DNA of 64,000 nt from Camelus ferus. Taxonomy: Eukaryota. Below the pieces are notes generated by a model. That model was not told the origin of the DNA. It was given only the letters and a program-made list of their open reading frames with translations, and did no database searches. Positions 56,080 to 64,000 of the stretch are shown one piece after another. The stretch's first letter is position 1. Every line of letters begins with the position of its first letter. The position numbers and the translations under genes were made by a program. The stretch is from the NCBI RefSeq assembly GCF_009834535.1, contig NC_045699.1, positions 56,792,001-56,856,000 on the forward strand. The letters run 5' to 3'.

Positions 56080-57390
56080 TCATGTGGAGTTGCTGCCTCC
56101 CAGCATTTTACTCTGGGATGGAAGATCAACAATGATTGTCTTGTTGCTAAATCCAATGGACACATCTCAGTTATTAACCTACTTGACCTCTCAACAGTAT
56201 TTGAGATTTGTTGACTGTTATCTCCTTCTTAATACATTCCCTGGCTTTCCTTTTCCCTTTCCAGCCTTTCTTCCTCTGTCTTTTCAGTTGGTACTCTTCT
56301 TGGTTCTTTCCTGAGCCTTCTTCTCACATTAAACATTATTTATGGGCTCTCTTATCCATTGCCATGGCTTCACTGGGAATTCCTAAATCTATATTTTTAG
56401 CCTAAGTATTTTTCCTGAACTTAAGTCCAGTATATTTAACAGTTCACTTGACATCTTCACTTGGACAGCAAGTAAGTAACTCAACCTCTGCAGGCTTATA
56501 GTTGAACTCATGAAGTCTCCTCTCAGTCCAGCCCTTCCTCTCATGTTTGCCATCTCTGTAAAGGGCACTTCTAAACAGCTAATTTCTTAAGCCAGGATTC
56601 CTTGACTTCTTCCTTCCAATCAACCACCAGGGCCTGGTGATTCTACTGTTTTCCATCACTAGTTTTTTACCTGGACCACTGGAAAAGACTTCACCTAACA
56701 GGACTTTCTGCTTCCAGCACTCATGCCACCCCTCCACCCTCCCAATCCATTTTTTTTCCACACTGTAGCCAGAGTGATCTTTCTAAAACACAGGACCTTT
56801 TAAGATCTTGCTTAAAATCATTTGATGACTGCTGTACTCTTAGGATAAAGCCCAAGCTCCTTTTAATAAGATATGAAGCCCTGTATGATGTTTACCTTCT
56901 TGCATATTACTTCTTCCCTCGCACTCAAAGTTCCCATTGCTGTGTGTCCCATTGTTCCATTCCTCAAATGTATAATGCTTATCTCATTTTCTGGCCTTTG
57001 CATGTTTTGTTCTTTCTACCTGTTTCCCTTTCTTCACCTCCTTGGCTTGGCTACATCATCCTTCAGGTCACTTTCTTTGAGAAGTCTTGGCTTTTTTTTT
57101 TATTTAAAAATAACTTTAAACCCCTTTATTGTGGTATGATTCCTGTGCAGTAAACTACACATTCCAGGAGTCTTCTCTGACTTCCTTTCTCATCTCAGTC
57201 TGCCCAGCTCCCCAGACTAAGTGAGATGTTAATCTGTGTTTCTGTGGGTTGCCATGTTTCCTCTATTGTAACGCACATCCAATGTCCCACTGGATTGTAA
57301 GCTCCATCTTGTCCACTTCTGTTGCCCTATGCTCAGTGTAAGGCTCAGCACAGCATAGGTGCTTAGCTTCGCAAACATTTGTTGAATTGA
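56080..57390 (+). mobile_element. L2 fragment
   Basis: ttgctaaatccaatggacacatctcag...ttgacctctcaacagtatttga... ending in gctcagcacagcataggtgcttag...aacatttgttgaattg. Confidence 0.7.
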
Positions 57391-58454
57391 ATTTTAATGT
57401 GTTGGTAGCCATGGAGGTCTCAGTCCTAGTTTGTAGCCTTTTGGAGCAGGAAGATTAGTGTGAAAGATGACATTCTATAAGTGGTTCTTTGGCTGGATTC
57501 TTATTTCTCCACTGTTTATTTACCACCTTAGCAACCTGATTCATTTAACTCTGAGCCTTGGTTGTCTCATCTATAAATACAAATGCTTGAACTTCCTGAA
57601 GGCAAACGGTGGGATGATTTTTTTCTTTTTTTGGTTGCTAGTATTTTATGTTAGTCAATTATGAGACTTCTTTGTACATATATACATATTTGCTATTTAT
57701 TTTGTAAATACTTCAAATTCTTTTTTTAATTTAAATATTTTAAATTTTTTATGGCCATAGAAAAGCTTAAAATTTTTTTCAATCATTAAAAAATGTAAAA
57801 TCCACTTTTAGCTTACTCACTGTACAAAAATAGGTAGTAGGCCAGATCTGGCCTGTAGGTATAGTTTATAGTTTTTTGTCAGCTACCACACTAGTATGTT
57901 CATTAAATCTGAACCATCTTTGCATTGCTGGAATAAATACCATTTGAATGTATCTGACTATACTGCTGGATTTGATTTGCTAATATTTTACTTAGGATTT
58001 TTGTGTCTATGTTCATTAAGTTAGATTGGTCTAGCAGAGATTTCAAACTAGTTATAATTGTAGGGCAGAGATATGTTTTCTTTGGCCTACATAATATTTT
58101 TTAAAGATTTAAATGAATACTAAAAAAATTGGGAGATGTTATATTAAAAATTAGAGATTTCTGGATTTCTTTTAAAAAAGGAATGTGGCAAAACTGGGGG
58201 AATGTGGGCCCAGTTTTGTCACATTTTAAATAGATATTCTTTATGTTTTCTATTTCATTAACTTCTACTCTTATTTTTATCTTTGACCTTTGGTCTATGG
58301 TTTTCTATTGCTAACCTTATCTGGGTTTTGTCTTTGCCTAGCTTTTTATCTAGTACTAACATATCTTCCAGTTTTTTTTTTCTAGTTCTACATAGGCATT
58401 ATCTGTTTCTTGAAGGTCTAATAGAATTCGCCTCTAAAACTATCTGGGCTTTAT

Positions 58455-58713
58455 GGTTACCTGGGGAAAGGCAGTAGGAAGGGATAAATTTGAGAGTTTG
58501 ATATTTGCAAATATTAACTGCTATATATAAAAATAGATAAAAAACAAATTTCTTCTGTATAGCACAGGGAACTGTAGTCAATATCTTGTAATAGCCTTTA
58601 ATGAAAAAGAATATGAAAACAAATATACATATATATATGCATGACTGGGACATTATGCTGTACACCAGAAACTGACACATTATAACTGACTGTACTTCAA
58701 TTAAGAAAAAAAA
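58455..58713 (+). mobile_element. Short younger L1 3' end nested in an older L1M (about 57880-59300)
   Basis: ggttacctgggg...tataactgactgtacttcaatt followed by poly-A. Imperfect TSD aactatctgggctttat / aactatttgggtcttctat. Confidence 0.75.
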
Positions 58714-59771
58714 CACAACTATTTGGGTCTTCTATAATTTGGTCAGGTAGATTTTTGTTTTCCTTTTGTATTTTATCTATGGTTTGTGATCTATTAAAAA
58801 TGTCAAACTCTTGTATCAATTTTAATAATTAATACTTTCTGGAAAAGCATCACTTTTCCCCTAGATTTTCAAATTTACAAATATAAGGTCTAAATGGTTT
58901 TCTCTTATAATTTAAAGAATTACCTTTGTATCTTGGCTATCTTTCTCTTTCCTAAACTTGCTTATTTGTAGTTTTCTTTGGCCAGAGTTCTGTTTTATTG
59001 GTCTTTTCAAGGAACTAGGTATGGTTTTCTTGTTGAAGTCCATTAAAAAAAAATTTCAACTTTAACCTTGTTTCCTTTTAAAATTTTCACCTGAATTAGC
59101 TCTTCCTTTTCTAACTTTTTGAAATGAGGCTTTAGTTTAAATATTTTTGAAAATCATTCTTTTTAAAATAAAATAATTTCCTCCTGAACTTTCTATTCTG
59201 TTTTATTGATCTGTCTGTCTTCTTTCTGGTACTGCATTATGATTATACTATTTAACATTTGGTAGTCCTAGTCCTCTTTATTATTATTTTCAAAATTGTT
59301 TTGGATATTGGGCCAGATGACATCTTAAAGGCACTAAGGTTCTTTGATGGCTAATGTGAAAATGCACCCAAATAAATCCCTTTGTTTCCTTCCTTCCAAA
59401 CCCAAGTAGTCTTTATTCTTCTAGATATAGTCAATCTTAAAAAAATGCCTATAATCAATCTTTGTATGTGGATGTGGTATATGTAGGTAGCATTTTTTAA
59501 GTGTTTTTTTTTGTGTGTGTGGTGTGTATTTTATCTGTGTATATGGTGTGTTTGTGGATGTCCATGGGAAGTGATATATATGTTTATGTGTACAGTGTGT
59601 GTTTATACTATGTGTAAGTGTAAGAGGGATACTGAGGCCCATGGCCAGGGAGTGCTAGCGTGCTCAGGGCATGTCAGAAAGCCAGGCTTGGTCCTCAAAC
59701 TCCCTTGCCTTCTGGAAAAAGCAGGGCCTTAAACCTTGACCCTTTCTGGGTGTCCCTTTCTGGATGTCTGG

Positions 59772-59831
59772 CCAGTCTCCCTTGCAGTGCCCCTGCCCAG
59801 TCTCCCTTGCAGTGCCCCTGCCCAGTCTCCC
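59772..59831. repeat. 25-bp tandem repeat, about 2.4 copies
   Basis: Unit ccagtctcccttgcagtgcccctgc at 59772-59796 and 59797-59821, partial at 59822-59831. Confidence 0.9.
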
Positions 59832-60501
59832 ACTCATTTCTGTCCTCCTCTCCTGAGAAAAGAGCGATCTGCCCCTTTAAGAGAAGGAAACTTCCAGTGC
59901 TGTACTAAGTAAAGGGGCCTTACTATTGTTGGTGAGGGTGGTGGAGGTGGTACCACCACAGGAGTCAGATCAGCATCAGAGTGGCAGTGGGGTCTCACAA
60001 CTAAATGAGTTAGCTGCTGAGTGAGACAGAAGGAGTCGGAGGGAACTTGCAAGGCAGTGGGACCTTTGTCCTGAGTTGGGGTGAAGTGCCCATTGTGGGC
60101 CTGTCTTTTCTCTGTCAGGGCACATGCAGATAATGCATCTCTGCCCAGCTCTCCCACTGGGTTCCACCCTTCTGAATGTGCACCTACAGGTTTCTCATAG
60201 CTTCCTGAGTCCAAGGTGGTCTTCCTTAGTGGAGGTACTATAGTGGTCCCTGGCAGAGCTGTGAAGGGGCCACTGTCACCTTGGGCACATCACTCTTCCC
60301 TTGGTGGACCTCCCTTTGCCCAGGTACTTGAATGTCATATTTTCTAATTCCTACTGAGAATGAATGCTCCTCTCAGGGGCATCCTCAGGCTATGCCTAAC
60401 TCATGCTCCTGCCTTGCTTCCGCAGGTCTGCAGCACCTCCAGCCTCAGTGTCCTGTCTGCATCCTGTGGCTTGAGCCTGATTTGCCCTTTTTCCCTGGCT
60501 G

Positions 60502-60604
60502 ATGGAGTGGCAGAGCCAGGATACTTCCCTGCCCAGAAAGGATGCCTGGACTCAGACTTTCCCAGCCAGGAGGAGGATCAGGCATGCTCAAGTCCAGGGT
60601 ACAG
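60502..60604 (+). CDS. RGS3: RGS3 upstream alternative first coding exon (long C2-PDZ isoform), phase 1
   Basis: MEWQSQDTSLPRKDAWTQTFPARRRIRHAQVQGT followed by G|GTAAGT resembles the recalled human MEWLSPDIALPRRDEWTQTSPARKRITHAKVQGAG. Acceptor cttccgcag| at 60425/60426. Confidence 0.65.
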
Positions 60605-61789
60605 GTAAGTCCATCTGTCGTTGGACTGGGGCCAGGGGAGCAGGCTTGCCTCTGATAAGAGCAGTGCTCAAGGTGTGGAGTGGGGAAGAACAGGACAGAG
60701 CCTCATAAAGTGCCAGGATTCAGATAATCCACTGGCTTTTATGTGACTCATTTGCACTTGACCACTAGTTTGCTGATTTCAGGGCTCCTCCAGTTTCTAC
60801 TCCCTGCTGGTGGCCAGCTGGCCCTGTGGCATCTAGTTTCCTTACCAGCCTCAAGAAGGCAGGTCAGCCACCTCCACTTGCCATTGGCCATGGGGCAGGT
60901 GTGGAGGCCAAGGAAGAACAGAAGGAGGATGTCCTCTGGGACAGACAGGCCAGAGTTCAAATTTTAGCTCTGCCAACCTTGGACAAGTCAGCTACCTTAT
61001 CTGTGTGAGATTCAGATTCACCCCTGGTAAGTTGGGGCTAATACTTCCTAAGGTTACTGTGAAGATTAAATGAGAAGATGTATATAAATTGCCCAGCTCA
61101 GCCCCTGGCACCTGGTACCCAACATTTATCTTTTCTCCCCACTTTTTCTCTTGCATCCCCCAACCTTGTCTTGAGTGGATCACTAAGCCACAAATATCCA
61201 TTTGGCAACTTCCGACACTTCCCATTTTTAGATTTACATAAGACCAGCAGCTTTCCCTCCCACAGCAGCAACAGTCAGAGAGTTGCAGAGCAGATGTCTT
61301 GGTGTGAAACTGCTCCCAGGAGGCATCCTGTGAATGTTTGCCGACAAAGCAGCGCAGGGGCTGACCCTCCTTCCAGCTCTGCCTCCTCACACCAAGCTGG
61401 GAGATTGAAAGCACCTACCTCCTCCATGTATGGTGCATTTCTGTCCCCTCAGATGCTGGGGGCCTGTCCTCCTGTCCCATGGCATCGGACTGCAGATGAG
61501 GAGCCCTGAGGCTGGCTGGAGGAAGCTGCTCTGGTCTGAACCTGTGCCAGACTGTTCCCATCCAAGAGAAGACTCCAGAGAGGTGGAGGAGCCAGGGTTA
61601 GGGAAGGGCCTGCAGCCTGGTGGGGGCGGGGATCCAACCGTGGAGAACACTTTTCCAAACTCCACTGCACTGGGCCGGGAGGGTGCTCCTCTGCCCTTGC
61701 TTGGTGTCCAGTGATTACAGGTCCGAGCTTCAAAGCATGTTGCAAACCTGGCTAATTACTGGCCTAGGGGAGCTGGGTGAGCAGGCCAA

Positions 61790-62170
61790 GCCCGCCGAGT
61801 GGGAGCGCCAGGGGCCGCAGGACTGTCATTGGGCTGGCACTTGCAGCCCAGAGGGGCCTCGTAGCCCTGGTGAGGTCGCAAGTCCCGCTGGTTACCCAGG
61901 GAGGATTGCCGTGCCGGCCGCGGGGGCTACCCTCTCAGACGAGCCTCCGGCGCCTCCTCCCCTGGGTCAGGTGGAAATCTCCCCATTCAAACCGGCGCGG
62001 TCCAATCAGGGCCCGGCGCGGCCGCCGGTTCAAACGCGCGCTGCAACCAGCCTCCAGCTCCCGCCTGGGAGACACCGGCGCGGGGGCGGGTGAACCTGCT
62101 GCCTCGGTTACTGGGGAGAAACACAGACGCTTCGGGTTACAGGCGCCCCTGCCCGGCCGGAGCGGGCCGC
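61790..62170 (+). promoter_or_regulatory. RGS3: RGS3 CpG-island promoter
   Basis: CpG-rich region with CCAAT (gtccaatcag, about 62003), GC box ggggcggg (about 62082) and no TATA box. Confidence 0.7.
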
Positions 62171-62171
62171 C

Positions 62172-62250
62172 ATGGAGCGCTCCCTGCACCGCGTCTCCCA
62201 CGGGAGCCGGCGCGCCCACCCGGGCTTGTCCTTCTACCTCACCACCTTTG
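62172..62250 (+). CDS. RGS3: RGS3 first coding exon (C2PA-type isoform), phase 1; gene continues beyond the window
   Basis: Perfect Kozak GCCGCCATGG. MERSLHRVSHGSRRAHPGLSFYLTTF followed by G|GTAAGT matches the recalled RGS3 MERSLHRVSLGSRRAHPDLSFYLTTFG. Confidence 0.9.
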
Positions 62251-64000
62251 GTAAGTGCCCGCGGGGCGGCTGCCAGGAGCTGCTGCACCCTGCTCACAGC
62301 GCCCAGAGAGGGCAACCCCCGCAGTGGCAGGTGAGGCAGGGAGCAGCGATCCTTCAGTTTGGGGGTACCCGCTCTGGCCCCTTCCTCCCGTGGTTGCCCA
62401 GGAGGGACACAGGGCACAGGCTCAGGCCGAACAAGCCGCTGGGCACCACCTGCTGCCTGGCCGCTGATGCCAAGTGCAGTTGGTTCTACCTAACTTGGCT
62501 GGAATAATCATGCCCCAGTTAATCTTTCAGAGACCGGTTTCCCACCACTGAGTTTCCCATTAACAAGCAGCTCAGGGTTAAATCAAGGTCTTGTTACTAC
62601 ATCTCAAAATCACCTCAGCCCTATTTCTTTTGGCTCAGGGAGAGGACAGGTGTCGGGTCAGCCAGGTGGCCTTGGCTCCCTGTGGGCTCACCTTGGAGGC
62701 TGCAGTGCAAAGGCTCCACTGGATATCTGATCCACAGCAGAGATGGGAAAATTCTCTCCTCCAGGAGCAATGGGGCTCTCAGGAAGGTCACAGGGCTGCC
62801 CTGGGAGCCTGAGGTGGAAAGAAGTGGGCAGTAGGCTCCTGCTCCCAGGCCCCTAGATAGCAGTCCTGGGCTCCCCCAAGTAACAACTGGGCAGCAGCTG
62901 TCCCAATGGTTTGGGCAGACCTTGTCTTCTAAGTCCCCACAGTAAAGATAATTAGCCCTGTGTAGAATACAGCTCTTCACAGTGCTCCTTTCCTCACTGG
63001 TTCTGCAGCTCCCTGTGGGGAGGGAGTTACATTTCCTCTGTGGAGACTTGAGATCCAGAGAGGTGGGTCTCCCAGTGAGCCAGCTGCAGAGTTAACACCG
63101 GAGCTGAAGCCTTCTGAGATGATGTGTCCAGCACATTTTTTAAAACTTGTATACAATTTTCTTATGAAGATTGGGGAAGTTACTACAACATAAGTGGACT
63201 TCGCCCACATTTCAAAGATAGAGCACCTAAGGAGTTAGGCCCTCCCTGGGGTTCAGGATCACTACTCCCAGGCTTACCTCTCCCAGCACACTTGGCTCTT
63301 CACAACCTGCTTTCTTCTCTACGGGCAAAGGGAGTGATGGAAAAGCAGTGGTTTGGCCCCTAGAAATGATCTGTAGTCTGGCATCCTGGAATTCACCGGT
63401 CCAGTTGGTGGAGGGTAACAGTAAGAATTATAGATTAGCCGCCATTTATTGCACGTTCATCGTGTGTGTGCCTTGTGCCAAGTGCTTTCCCTGCATCATC
63501 TTACTTAAGCCTCCTAACCCTTGGAGGCAGTTCCTGTTAGCCCCGTGGGGATGTGGGACTCTACCAGGTAGGGGAGGTTTCCTGGATGATCTGAGTTGAT
63601 GGGGCTGGAGTGGTCAGGAAAGAGTGTCAGAGAGCTGTGAGGCCTTGTTACCTTAGCTGTGTCCTAATTAAAAGTGAAAAATATATTTCGTTTTTCCTCC
63701 TTAGTATCATGGTAAGATGTATTCACAGTTAAAAACTTAGTGAAAAGAAGAAAGTGAAAATCACCTGTAATTTGACTCCCCAGAGAAGGCCATTGTTAAC
63801 ATGGTTTATATCCTTCCAGGCTTATTTCTCTGTGTGTGTGCCTAATTTTAATAAAATTAAGATCCTTTTATATGTACAGTTTTGTAACCTTACTGGTATG
63901 ATGTGACTATTTCCTTGTATCAGTCCATATTCTTCTGTTGAATTAATCTCCCTGCCAAATCTGGGAAGTTGGGGAGGGTCCAGCAGAGAGTGGATGCCCT

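Noticed and set aside
61620-62507. Several 110-185 aa ORFs over the RGS3 CpG island
   Set aside because: Stop-poor GC-rich DNA. Only 62172-62250, bounded by a Kozak ATG and a GTAAGT donor, is supported.
62251-64000. RGS3 next exon (GQLRLSIDAQDR...)
   Set aside because: Not found in the remaining sequence, so it presumably lies beyond the window end.

Overview
Mammalian genomic DNA containing three N gaps. A tRNA-derived SINE and the L1 3' ends suggest a camelid host, which is an inference. The window is the conserved BSPRY-HDHD3-ALAD-POLE3-C9orf43-RGS3 synteny block (human 9q32). It holds the BSPRY last exon (+), the complete HDHD3 CDS (-), ALAD (-, 11 coding exons, 329 aa), POLE3 (-, 4 coding exons, 147 aa), C9orf43 (+, 13 coding exons) and two alternative first coding exons of RGS3 (+). 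Exons were traced by hand using GT/AG sites and phase. Intergenic and intronic DNA is mostly old L1, L2, MIR, MaLR and hAT repeats. I see no evidence for a wholly new multi-gene system. The most notable observations are: (1) an apparent 2-nt deletion in C9orf43 exon 11 that creates a TGA across the splice junction, although all downstream exons stay open; (2) an ERV1 env remnant plus an LTR with intact TATA and AATAAA just upstream of HDHD3; (3) a decayed counterpart of the human RGS3 N-terminal extension exon; (4) a candidate erythroid exon 1B promoter of ALAD; (5) unusual ALAD substitutions, including A211T in the active-site lid. All comparisons to human, mouse and cattle proteins are from memory and need alignment to confirm.
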